A DNA stretch of 64,000 nt from the NCBI GenBank assembly GCA_019057795.1, contig JAHLWS010000082.1, forward strand, positions 1 through 64,000, written 5' to 3'. Below the pieces are notes generated by a model. That model saw nothing but the letters and a program-made list of their open reading frames with translations, did no database searches and was not told the origin of the DNA. A program made the position numbers and the translations under genes. Source of the stretch: Promethearchaeota archaeon (GTDB lineage Archaea; Asgardarchaeota; Lokiarchaeia; Sigyniarchaeales; SOKP01). Numbering within the stretch: position 1 is the first letter of the stretch; every line of letters starts with the position of its first letter. Below are positions 10,326-19,848 of the stretch, one piece after another.

Positions 10326-11249
10326 ATTCACGTTAAAGAACATATTGAGCTAACAAGAGAAGAAATCGAAAAATTAATTAAAGAAACTGAAGAGAGATTA
10401 AAAGAATTAGAAAAGTACGGTAAACATTCAGAATATATTAAAGAATTAAGTAATTTAGCATTCTTGCAACTTGAAGTTGAACAATACACAAACTCAGAAA
10501 AAAATTTACAAGTTTGTTTAAAACATTTCATAAAACAAAAAGATAAATTAGGAAAAGCTGCTGTTTATGGGATTCTAGGAATTTTACATTTCACAAGTGG
10601 AGCATACCAGAAATCTATTAATTATTACAATATGGCACATGAAATTTATAAAGAGTTTAATCAGGTACAAGAGCAAATTACTTGCTTAAAAGGAATTGGG
10701 ATCAATCTAATTAAAATAAACCATTTTGACGAAGCGTGTGATAACTTGCTTGAATGTAGCGCTTTATGTTCAGATAACAACGATATTTACAACTTATTGG
10801 ACTGTTTAGGTAATTTAATTTATGTTCATGAAAAACGAGAGAATTGGGACATTGTATTTGAATTGTACAAAAAAACTCTCAAAGCTTTTAAAGAACTAAG
10901 TGATAGTAAGGGCATTATTGTTTCTTATTTTAATTTAGGCATCCTTAAAAAAAGAGGGAGTGATTTTAATCAAGCCATTAGATATTTTAAAAAAGGAACT
11001 AATATTGCAATTGATTCAAATTATATAGAACTAATTTTAAAAGGGTTAGGATATATTGGGGAGCTTTTGGTTTACCAAGGTAAGATGAATGACGCTAAAG
11101 AAGTATATATTAAAGCATTAAGTACTGCTGAAAAATTTAAAGTAAAGAATTCAATTATTCAAATAAAAATTCTTCTAAAATCATTAGGATTAAATGAGGA
11201 AGAAATAGAAAAAGAGCTAAGAAATTATCGAAATCTTAGGATAAAATAG
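10326..11249 (+). CDS. Tetratricopeptide repeat protein
   Basis: TPR-like repeats. The frame is open back to TGA 10314-16, about 46 codons upstream of the ORF-track TTG 10464. Start uncertain; ATT 10326 is proposed behind GGTGA. Confidence 0.75.
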   Translation: MHVKEHIELTREEIEKLIKETEERLKELEKYGKHSEYIKELSNLAFLQLEVEQYTNSEKNLQVCLKHFIKQKDKLGKAAVYGILGILHFTSGAYQKSINYYNMAHEIYKEFNQVQEQITCLKGIGINLIKINHFDEACDNLLECSALCSDNNDIYNLLDCLGNLIYVHEKRENWDIVFELYKKTLKAFKELSDSKGIIVSYFNLGILKKRGSDFNQAIRYFKKGTNIAIDSNYIELILKGLGYIGELLVYQGKMNDAKEVYIKALSTAEKFKVKNSIIQIKILLKSLGLNEEEIEKELRNYRNLRIK

Positions 11250-11371
11250 TAATGATTAGTAAATTGGAAAATAATCATGTTTCAAAACACAATTTAAAAA
11301 ATTATAAATGAACGAATTTTCATTTTTAATTAAAGTAATCTAAATATAATACTTCGAGTGTTCACTTAGTA

Positions 11372-12805
11372 ATGAAATATTGTCCATTTTGTAAGAAGCC
11401 AATTGAGCAATATTGGACGTATTGCCGTAATTGTAATAAACCCTTAATTACGAACCTTGATAACGAATTAAATATAAGAGACTCTCACGATGAGGCCTCA
11501 TTTTATACTAACGATTTTGAAGAAGATTATTATGATATCAACATTCTCGACGATGAGGTCGTTGAACGCGAGCTGAACGAATTAGAAGATCAACTAGCAG
11601 AGTGCGAAAGATTAGGAAAAAATATGGGAGATCTCTTATTAAAGAAAGCAAGTTTATTTTATAAAAAAAGAGATTTCCCTAACGCCTTAAAAAATTTAGA
11701 GTTGGCGTTAGAAAACTTTCTTGACGAAAAAGAATTCTTAAATACAGTCATATGCCATAACGAATTAGGTTTAATCCATGAAGAAACAGGGTTTTTTGAT
11801 CAAGCAATCTATCATTTTGATAGAGCTCTTATAATTTTAGAAGATATTGAAGATAATCAGAAGAAAGTTCAAGTTTTGAATAACTTAGGAAATGTATATT
11901 ATTTAATCAATGATTTAAAAAGCTCCTATAAATATTATCAAAAAGCGTTAATTTTAACCGAAAAAGAAAACCTAGAATTAGACGCTATAAAAACTTCAAG
12001 TAATTTAGTTGAAATCCTAATTTCTTTAAAAGATTATGATCGTGTTACCAAAATATTGAAAAATAATCTGGAATTCTTTACAAAAACCAATGATGTTTAT
12101 GGAGTCATCCAAACTCGTATAAAGTATGGCAAATTATATTATTATCTTGGAGACGAGTATTATGACCAATCCTATCAGAGCTTTACCAAAGTATTAGAGC
12201 TTGTTGATACTATAAAAAACCAAATTTCTATTTTTATAAAAAAAAAATTAGAATGGGAATCCTTTCTCTATTTAGGAAAATTACATTTGTTATGGGATAA
12301 CGATTCAGAAGCAGAACATTACCTATTAAACAGCTTAGAAGCAATAAGAACGTTTGGAATTCGAGAAAATATTAAAGAAGGAGTAGTTTTAAAAACAATA
12401 GCTAAGTTTTATTCGTTAAAAGGGGAAGATAATAAAGCGATCGACTATTATAGCTATTCTACAGAGATATATCAAAAATTTGGAGATAAACTCAAAATTG
12501 CTGAGATGAAATTTGAAGTCGCAAAAATTTTTCAAAACTACATTCAAAATGAACAGAAAGCAATACAATATTATGTAGAAGCTTTAGAAATTTTCGAAAG
12601 TTTAAATAACTTAGAAAAGCTTGCAGAAATTCGTAATAATTTAGGTGATATTTATGTTTCAAAGGAATTGTTTGATTTAGCATTAAATAACTTTATAATG
12701 GCAAAAAAATTTTACGCTGAATTAGAGGACGAATATAACAAAAATCTTATATTAGGGAAAATAAATTCCTTGAAGGAAACTGAACCAAATAGTCTTAGTC
12801 CTTAA
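11372..12805 (+). CDS. Zinc-ribbon plus TPR repeat protein
   Basis: N-terminal CPFC...CRNC, an acidic linker and multiple TPRs (NNLGNVYY, HNELGLIH). Confidence 0.85.
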   Translation: MKYCPFCKKPIEQYWTYCRNCNKPLITNLDNELNIRDSHDEASFYTNDFEEDYYDINILDDEVVERELNELEDQLAECERLGKNMGDLLLKKASLFYKKRDFPNALKNLELALENFLDEKEFLNTVICHNELGLIHEETGFFDQAIYHFDRALIILEDIEDNQKKVQVLNNLGNVYYLINDLKSSYKYYQKALILTEKENLELDAIKTSSNLVEILISLKDYDRVTKILKNNLEFFTKTNDVYGVIQTRIKYGKLYYYLGDEYYDQSYQSFTKVLELVDTIKNQISIFIKKKLEWESFLYLGKLHLLWDNDSEAEHYLLNSLEAIRTFGIRENIKEGVVLKTIAKFYSLKGEDNKAIDYYSYSTEIYQKFGDKLKIAEMKFEVAKIFQNYIQNEQKAIQYYVEALEIFESLNNLEKLAEIRNNLGDIYVSKELFDLALNNFIMAKKFYAELEDEYNKNLILGKINSLKETEPNSLSP

Positions 12806-13946
12806 TTTTTCCTCCTACTTTTTTAAACATCCAATCTAAGGATAGAATGGATTTTCCAAACTTTTCCCAGAAATATATTAAAAGCCCGAGTAAGATGATA
12901 TAACCTATTGAAAATTGAAAAAACAATAAAAATGTTAACTTTTGATAAAAAATAGGTAAAAATAAGAATTGAATAAGTAATAGGGTTAAAGAATACTTCC
13001 CATAAATAGATAAAATCTTAGCAATTTTGTTATTAATATGTAATACATCGAAAAGGTAATATGTTACCCCAATTATGAGCAACGAAAGTCCCATTATAAA
13101 AAATAGATTAGACGGCGTGCCCTTGAGCAGAAATAAGGGTGATCCTGGAATGAATTGTATGAAATGTGTTATTAAAATAGAGATTGCATCGATAAAGGGA
13201 TACTTAGCGGGATTAAAATTGTCTAAAGTAATTATAAACCCTATGTCTATAAAGGGGACTAATAGAGCAATAATTAATAAAACCCAACCATATTTTATTA
13301 CTGAATGAGTTGACCGCATATTAGCAACATCAGAGTCCAGCATGATTGACTCGTAAATAAGTTCCCCAAAAACTGTTGAGAAAAAAGATATAGCAGCATA
13401 AGGTAATAGCGAATAAGTTGGAAAGGGCGAGACAACAAAGAAATATATTATCGCAATAACTGGATTAATATCTTTTCCAAAGTAAAGCGCTTCTCGAATG
13501 CCTAGCGTTAAAAACAATATGGTTATCCCGATTACTAGTCTTGCCCATCTCACCATTTTATAAGAGTAATAGCAAATAATTTGAGAGAACCCTAAAAAAA
13601 AAAGAATGTTCCAACCCCATATGTTTTGAGGAAATCCGCAGGTAGCATTTAAAAGTAAATTATAAAAACTTCCTAATAAAATTAGGAAACTCCCTTGTTT
13701 TAAGATTTTATTTCGATTCGATTTTTCAGGAACGCGACCCATTTTTTTTTTTAATGTAAAGGAAACTGAGAAAGATGTCAAGAAAATGTATAAGGACGGA
13801 CCAATAACATCTAAAATAGTTAATATAAAGCCATAAATATATTTTAGTTCATCCCCAAAATATAGCCAATAATAAATAGTATTAGAAAAAAGAATTATTA
13901 ATATTGAAAAACCCTTGGCGATTTCAATGCTCCTTAAGTTTACCAT
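12795..13946 (-). CDS. HGSNAT/DUF1624-like transmembrane acyltransferase
   Basis: N-terminal LRSIEIAKG (cf. RxxxIDxxRG), WNILFFLG, YSLLPY and about 10 TM segments. Confidence 0.65.
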   Translation of the reverse strand: MVNLRSIEIAKGFSILIILFSNTIYYWLYFGDELKYIYGFILTILDVIGPSLYIFLTSFSVSFTLKKKMGRVPEKSNRNKILKQGSFLILLGSFYNLLLNATCGFPQNIWGWNILFFLGFSQIICYYSYKMVRWARLVIGITILFLTLGIREALYFGKDINPVIAIIYFFVVSPFPTYSLLPYAAISFFSTVFGELIYESIMLDSDVANMRSTHSVIKYGWVLLIIALLVPFIDIGFIITLDNFNPAKYPFIDAISILITHFIQFIPGSPLFLLKGTPSNLFFIMGLSLLIIGVTYYLFDVLHINNKIAKILSIYGKYSLTLLLIQFLFLPIFYQKLTFLLFFQFSIGYIILLGLLIYFWEKFGKSILSLDWMFKKVGGKIKD

Positions 13947-14000
13947 AAAAAATCACCTTCTTTAATGAAAAATTAATTAATTGTTTAAAAATAAATAAAT

Positions 14001-14681
14001 TTAGGAGTCAATATCAAAATCTTCACTTTTATAAACTTTTCTAGCAAACTCCTCGAATCCTATAGATTTTATGAAGTTATAAGAAACTATATTATCTTTA
14101 TAAACCTCACATCTAAGCTCTTTGACGCCTTTCTTTTTAAAATAATTCCATGCTGCCATGCCTATAACTGTCCCAAGCCCTTTACGTTGAAAACGAGGGA
14201 TTACTCCTAGTCCTGCGATTATACCAATTTCATTTTTTGATCCTTCATAATCTAGTATAACAAATGCGGCATCGGATCCATATACCCTAGCGATTAAAAT
14301 TATTGTTTCTGGATATTCATAAATAGTTTTTAAGGAATTAAGTGTAATTGATGAATAAGGCGTATTTGAAGTCATCCAACTTCTATTATACAAAGCTCTA
14401 ACGCTCTCTAAATCCTCTACTTTAGCTTCTCTTATCTTGGCTCGAAGTATATTATGCTCCACTTTTTCTGTAAGCATCTCCTCAAATTCGGGCGTAATTT
14501 TAGCAACGGGTAATTTCATTTGAATGTACTCCATTCCCGTTGTAGCTAATTCATTCTCGATTTCTTCTTCTGTTTTATCTTTTTTTTCAAACGCCAGCAT
14601 AAAGCTACGAACTTTTCTTTTCTTTAAACTTATTTTTGATTCTGTCATGGTATGATAGATTTTGTTATTTGAATTAATCAA
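14001..14681 (-). CDS. GNAT-family N-acetyltransferase
   Basis: LGVIPRFQRKGLGT acetyl-CoA motif A and N..SYNFIKSIGF. The true start may be ATG 14648. Confidence 0.9.
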   Translation of the reverse strand: MINSNNKIYHTMTESKISLKKRKVRSFMLAFEKKDKTEEEIENELATTGMEYIQMKLPVAKITPEFEEMLTEKVEHNILRAKIREAKVEDLESVRALYNRSWMTSNTPYSSITLNSLKTIYEYPETIILIARVYGSDAAFVILDYEGSKNEIGIIAGLGVIPRFQRKGLGTVIGMAAWNYFKKKGVKELRCEVYKDNIVSYNFIKSIGFEEFARKVYKSEDFDIDS

Positions 14682-14732
14682 CTAGTATTATTAAACGATC
14701 AAAAAATAAAAAGGTTTTATGGAGTAATAATT

Positions 14733-15398
14733 TTATAACTCAAAATCTTCTTTGCGATAAATTTTTTTTCCAAATTCTTCGAAATTTAATCCTTTAATAA
14801 AATTATAAGATATTTGATTATCCTTATAAACTTCACACCTTAATTCCTTCAAGCCCTTCTCTTTAAAAAAGTTCCATGCTGCCATACCTAATATCGTACC
14901 TAATCCCTTACCTTGAAAGCGTGGTAGGACCCCAAGCCCCGCTATTACTCCAAATTCTTTATTTTCACCTTCAAAGTCTAAAATAATAAATCCTCCATCA
15001 ATATTGTAAATCTTTGCTATAAGAAAAACTGTGTCTGGGTCGTTAAATATTTTTTTAAGAGAGTCTTTTTCGATAGGTCTAAAAGGAGTATTAGACGTTA
15101 ACCAAGCTCTATTATAGATATTTTTCACGGTTGCAAGGTCCTTTTCTGTTGCTTCACGGATTTTAGCGTGAAAAATCTTATGTTCAATCTTTTCTTTTAA
15201 GGAATTCTCATATTCCTTAGTAATTTTGTTGATAGGTAATCTCATTTGGAGATAAACCATCCCCTGATCGAGAATCTCTTTTTGGAATTGGCTAATTTCA
15301 CCCTTTTTACCACCTTCTTCAATGTGTAAAAAATAAGTTCTTAAGGCTTTCTTTTTAAAATCCAGTTTCCTCTTCAAACCTTTGCCTTTTCGACTCAT
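14733..15398 (-). CDS. GNAT-family N-acetyltransferase (paralog of the adjacent gene)
   Basis: LGVLPRFQGKGLGT; clearly alignable with 14001..14681. Confidence 0.9.
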   Translation of the reverse strand: MSRKGKGLKRKLDFKKKALRTYFLHIEEGGKKGEISQFQKEILDQGMVYLQMRLPINKITKEYENSLKEKIEHKIFHAKIREATEKDLATVKNIYNRAWLTSNTPFRPIEKDSLKKIFNDPDTVFLIAKIYNIDGGFIILDFEGENKEFGVIAGLGVLPRFQGKGLGTILGMAAWNFFKEKGLKELRCEVYKDNQISYNFIKGLNFEEFGKKIYRKEDFEL

Positions 15399-15415
15399 CT
15401 TATTCTAAAGGAGAT

Positions 15416-17053
15416 TTAGGGTTTTAATATCAAATTTAAATTACTTCTTATAGTTTTTTCGATCTCATCATTTATTATAGCATAACTTCTTAAAAGCGAG
15501 ATTCCTTGCTGAATTTTTTTGGCTAAACTTTTATCATCAATAAGATTTTTATTTTCGCTCGAAAATTCAAAATTAGATCTTAAAGCCATGTCTTCTTCAA
15601 TTCTTTCTTTGAATGTTTTTTTAAAATTAACCATTGTATCAGAAATTTCTTGATATATATTATTTGGGTCGTTTGTAACGATACCTGGGAGAATTAATTC
15701 CATTTTTTCTTCCATTGTATCTTTATTTTCAATAAACATAACATATAATGGCATGTAAATCCACTGAATTGGTCGAGAAAATAATTCTGATTGATTATCA
15801 TTTAATGACCAAGATAATAAGTCCTTTACTTCTTGTAGACAATTTCCATTACTAGAATGAATAATATTTTTTATTTGTGAATACAGCTCTTCTAACCTTA
15901 TTCGTATAGAATCAATTTCCGAAATTTTTTCTTGTTTTTCATTTTCAAATGCAGATAAATCTTTATCTCTATCTTTTAACTTAAGATCTAATGACGAACC
16001 AAACTCCTCTAATTTTTTCTTTGCTTCTACATCAATTTGGAACGCTCGTTCTTTTAACTCCATATATTTTAGAGTTAGTGAAGTTACCATACTAACAAAA
16101 TTATTGCCTTCATTTATCAAATACTTGAAGTGATTCTCAAAAGGTTCAGTAAGATCATTAAAAACCCTACCCTTTAATATCTCACTTTGGGTATAGAATT
16201 TGTTCTTTTTAAGAATATCTTCTAAATACCTTTCAGCTGTTTTAAATAATACTGATATGTTTTCAATTACTTTCCTTTTTTCATTCACCTTCCATTGATC
16301 GCTTTTATCGCTTTCTAACGCAATTTGATCTTTCATCTGATTAGAGTCAATTATCTGGGATGTCTTATTAATTTGAGAGGAGTATCGGGTATTAATATCT
16401 TTTAATTGAACGTTTAAATCAATTAACCATTTGTCTACTTCTTTTCCAATTAATTCAGTCTGGGTGTCCCATCTTAAAGCATTTCCTCTCATATAATCAA
16501 TTGAATTTCGATATTTTTCCGCAACATCTAAAGCCTGTTCAGTCGTAAAATTCGTCTCTAAAGGCATATATTCCGAAATTGGCTTGAATTCTACTAAGGG
16601 TAATAACTTTGCTAAAGTTTGAAGGAATTCAGGATTAACTAATGCGTTAATTTTTAACTTCTGAAATTTTGAATCTTCCCCTAGACCAATTTCTTCTGCT
16701 TCTTTATCAATATAGGATAAAACTTCGATAATTTTGTTTAATTGCTCAGATCTCGTAAGACCCTCAATATTTCTCAAAATATGCCCTATTACAGGTTGTC
16801 TTGGAGGGTTAGAAAGCTTTCCTTTTTTTGAAAAAACCTCTAAACCATCTAATATTATATGTGTACCAATAGCACCTTGGACACAAAGAAATGGCCATAA
16901 TAATCTAGAAAATGAGATGACTCTCTCATCTTGTTTAAGATTTTTTGTTAAAAGATAAAATGCTAATGCTAATTCGTCATATTCTTTAATTGGGGGTAAG
17001 CCTTGGCGAGTGTTAAATAAGGGTAAGATTTGTTGATTGCCATGGATTGACAT
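15416..17053 (-). CDS. Hypothetical protein with a long central coiled coil
   Basis: 545 aa ORF with a helical K/E/Q-rich middle flanked by globular ends; no family recognised. Confidence 0.8.
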   Translation of the reverse strand: MSIHGNQQILPLFNTRQGLPPIKEYDELALAFYLLTKNLKQDERVISFSRLLWPFLCVQGAIGTHIILDGLEVFSKKGKLSNPPRQPVIGHILRNIEGLTRSEQLNKIIEVLSYIDKEAEEIGLGEDSKFQKLKINALVNPEFLQTLAKLLPLVEFKPISEYMPLETNFTTEQALDVAEKYRNSIDYMRGNALRWDTQTELIGKEVDKWLIDLNVQLKDINTRYSSQINKTSQIIDSNQMKDQIALESDKSDQWKVNEKRKVIENISVLFKTAERYLEDILKKNKFYTQSEILKGRVFNDLTEPFENHFKYLINEGNNFVSMVTSLTLKYMELKERAFQIDVEAKKKLEEFGSSLDLKLKDRDKDLSAFENEKQEKISEIDSIRIRLEELYSQIKNIIHSSNGNCLQEVKDLLSWSLNDNQSELFSRPIQWIYMPLYVMFIENKDTMEEKMELILPGIVTNDPNNIYQEISDTMVNFKKTFKERIEEDMALRSNFEFSSENKNLIDDKSLAKKIQQGISLLRSYAIINDEIEKTIRSNLNLILKP

Positions 17054-17194
17054 AAAATGAGCTCTTCCAATTATAATTTGGTTACTTATTACTGATTAAA
17101 AATATCTAATTAATCATTACTAAAAATTCTATTTTTTTTTATATTGATTTTCAAATGTGTCTTTAAAATAAATTGTAAAAGAAAATTTAGAGAT

Positions 17195-18049
17195 TCATTT
17201 AAGTTGTTCGTAATGGTTGGCAATTACAATGATCAACAATGAGAGTAAGATCAATAAAGGAGGCAAAACAGCTCTTACATGATAAAACCCAAATGTTTCC
17301 ATTAAACCTTGAGTTATTCTTCCGAAAAAATAGATGAAAAACCCTATTGCGTTTAAGGCGTAAGATCTCCTTAGGACCCCAAATGTTTTTAAAGCTAAAT
17401 ACACAAATAGGACTGGAATAACTAATACCATCAAAGGTAAAAGAATAAAGTTAAGTACAAATCTGCCTGCGGGGTACCCAAATATAGTTATTAATTCAAT
17501 TCCTACGCTATAAGGGGCTTCATTAAAATCGGGATCCATAAAAAGCGAGTCAGGCAAAATAAGTGCGAGAATTCCAATTACAATTGGGAAGAGGACCAAT
17601 AAGATTTTAAGTGATTTTCTAACGCGATTCAATCTTAAAAGCGTATTAATTTTAAATTTTAAATCCTCCTTTTCTGATGGCTTTTCTTCTTCAGTATATG
17701 ACGGAAAAATCAGAGTACCAAAAACGCCCATCAAACAAGCTATACCCAACCAAGTAGAAAATGTAGCTAATCGATAATGCATCATAAGTAATCCAACTAA
17801 CTCTAAATTGGTCATCGTTCCTAAGAGTTCTGGAATGTAAAAATAATAAACAATAAAAAAAACTCTCCCCGCTGCTAGACACAAGAATAATAGTGAAAAA
17901 TATAACCAATAAAATTTTTTAGAGGTTCTAAATCTCATCAAAAAGAAATATGCAAATATGAGAAAATAAAAACCTACTATTGCGTAGTAAAGGCCCGACT
18001 CTATTGAGTCCCAAATATCGAAGTACTGGAAGGGATCTTGAAAAATCAT
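17195..18049 (-). CDS. Hypothetical 7-TM membrane protein
   Basis: Seven hydrophobic segments with a charged loop after TM3. Confidence 0.75.
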   Translation of the reverse strand: MIFQDPFQYFDIWDSIESGLYYAIVGFYFLIFAYFFLMRFRTSKKFYWLYFSLLFLCLAAGRVFFIVYYFYIPELLGTMTNLELVGLLMMHYRLATFSTWLGIACLMGVFGTLIFPSYTEEEKPSEKEDLKFKINTLLRLNRVRKSLKILLVLFPIVIGILALILPDSLFMDPDFNEAPYSVGIELITIFGYPAGRFVLNFILLPLMVLVIPVLFVYLALKTFGVLRRSYALNAIGFFIYFFGRITQGLMETFGFYHVRAVLPPLLILLSLLIIVIANHYEQLK

Positions 18050-18248
18050 ATTCGATCAAACACCAATTTTATTCTACAAAATAATTTGATTTAATAACTT
18101 AAAATTATAATATTATTAGTTATATAAAAATTTATATTATAAAACTATAATATCAAAATTGATTGCTACATCCAAACTAAGGAATAATCTTAAAATACAA
18201 ATATTATCGATAATTCTAAAAACTACTATTGTAAAGTTTTGATTAAAA

Positions 18249-19733
18249 ATGAAGATCGAGGATAATATTGATACATTTAATTCATTACTTCGACGACGTG
18301 GATTTATTTGGGGGCCCTTTCCAGAGATATATGGTGGCTTAGCGGGATTTTATTCGTACGGCCCGGCTGGAAAAGCTTTAAAAAATAATGTAATTTCAAT
18401 TTTTAGGCGCGAACTCCGAGCTTTTGGTTTTAGTGAAGTCGAATGTCCTGAAATTTTACCTAAAATCGTATGGGAGGCATCAGGACATTTAGAACGTTTT
18501 ATTGATCCCGTAATCCGTTGTAAAAAATGTAATACGATGATAAGAGCCGATAAATTTCTACAAGAACAGCTTCCGGATCAAACGATTGATGGGTTATCTT
18601 TTGAAGACATGGACAAATTAATAGAACAGCATGGATTTACTTGTCAAAAATGTGATACTCCATTTGAAAAAATTGAAGAATACAATTTAATGTTAAAAAC
18701 ATCGGTCGGTAATAATGTTACCGCTTATTTGCGGCCAGAAACCGCAACAACAACGTACTTATTGTTTAATCGCTTGAACCAGGACGCACGAAGGCAATAC
18801 CCTCTAAAAGTTTTCCAATACGGAAAGGCTTATAGAAATGAAATATCTCCTAGACAACAAGTTCTTCGTATGAGAGCTTTCGAACAATTCGAAATCCAGT
18901 TATTTATAGGGAAAGAGCAAGAAATGAATTTTGAAGAATTTGAAGAGATAAAGAACACTAAATTACCATTACTGGACTGGAAATCGCAAGAAAGTAAAAT
19001 AATTATTCCAAGTAGCATATCACTAGAAGAAGCAATAAACACAGGTATTCTTAAAAAACCTGCTTTTGCCTATTGCCTATTTTTAGGATATTACCTCATC
19101 TCGAAATTGGGATTTCCGGAGGAAACTATTAGGTTTAGGCAACATTCTCCCACTGAAATGGCTCACTATGCAGACGATGCGTGGGATTTAGAAATTAACA
19201 CTAAACAATATGGATGGGTAGAAATTTGTGGAATTCACGATAGAACAGACTACGATTTAAAAAGGCATGGAAGGTTTTCAAATCAAAATTTTGAAATTCC
19301 AATGGGCACGGATACGAATTTAAAAGAAATCCCCCAAATTCTTGAAATTGCTTTTGGTCCCGATAGAATTATATATACTCTCCTTGAAACTACCTTTAAT
19401 GTTGAGGATGAGAGAATAATTTTGAAGTTAAATCCACAACTTGCCCCTAACCTCGTTGCAGTATTTCCGTTAGTAAGAAATAAAGAAAATATTGTAGAAT
19501 TGGCGAAAAAAGTACATAAAGAAATACTTGACAATCGAAATACTTCATTTTTTGATTCAGCAGGATCAATTGGAAAGAGATATAGAAGACAAGACGAGTT
19601 AGGAACGCCTTATTGCGTAACGATAGATTACGATTCTTTAGATGATAATACGGTTACCCTTAGATATAGAGACACTATGGATCAAAAGAGAGTATCAATT
19701 TCAGAAATTCTGAAAATAATCAATAAAAATTAA
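18249..19733 (+). CDS. glyS: Glycine--tRNA ligase (alpha2, archaeal/eukaryal type)
   Basis: RRRGF...EIYGG, WEASGH, YLRPETA, GKAYRNEISPRQ and SIGKRYRRQDELGTP. Confidence 0.96.
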   Translation: MKIEDNIDTFNSLLRRRGFIWGPFPEIYGGLAGFYSYGPAGKALKNNVISIFRRELRAFGFSEVECPEILPKIVWEASGHLERFIDPVIRCKKCNTMIRADKFLQEQLPDQTIDGLSFEDMDKLIEQHGFTCQKCDTPFEKIEEYNLMLKTSVGNNVTAYLRPETATTTYLLFNRLNQDARRQYPLKVFQYGKAYRNEISPRQQVLRMRAFEQFEIQLFIGKEQEMNFEEFEEIKNTKLPLLDWKSQESKIIIPSSISLEEAINTGILKKPAFAYCLFLGYYLISKLGFPEETIRFRQHSPTEMAHYADDAWDLEINTKQYGWVEICGIHDRTDYDLKRHGRFSNQNFEIPMGTDTNLKEIPQILEIAFGPDRIIYTLLETTFNVEDERIILKLNPQLAPNLVAVFPLVRNKENIVELAKKVHKEILDNRNTSFFDSAGSIGKRYRRQDELGTPYCVTIDYDSLDDNTVTLRYRDTMDQKRVSISEILKIINKN

Positions 19734-19848
19734 GAAAAAAATAATGTTGAAATATCCTTAAATAACAGAGGTTTTCAGAAAAAAATATTAAAGAGAAGAA
19801 CATTTTTTTTAAAACTATACTATTAAAAAATAATTTTAAAGATTTATT

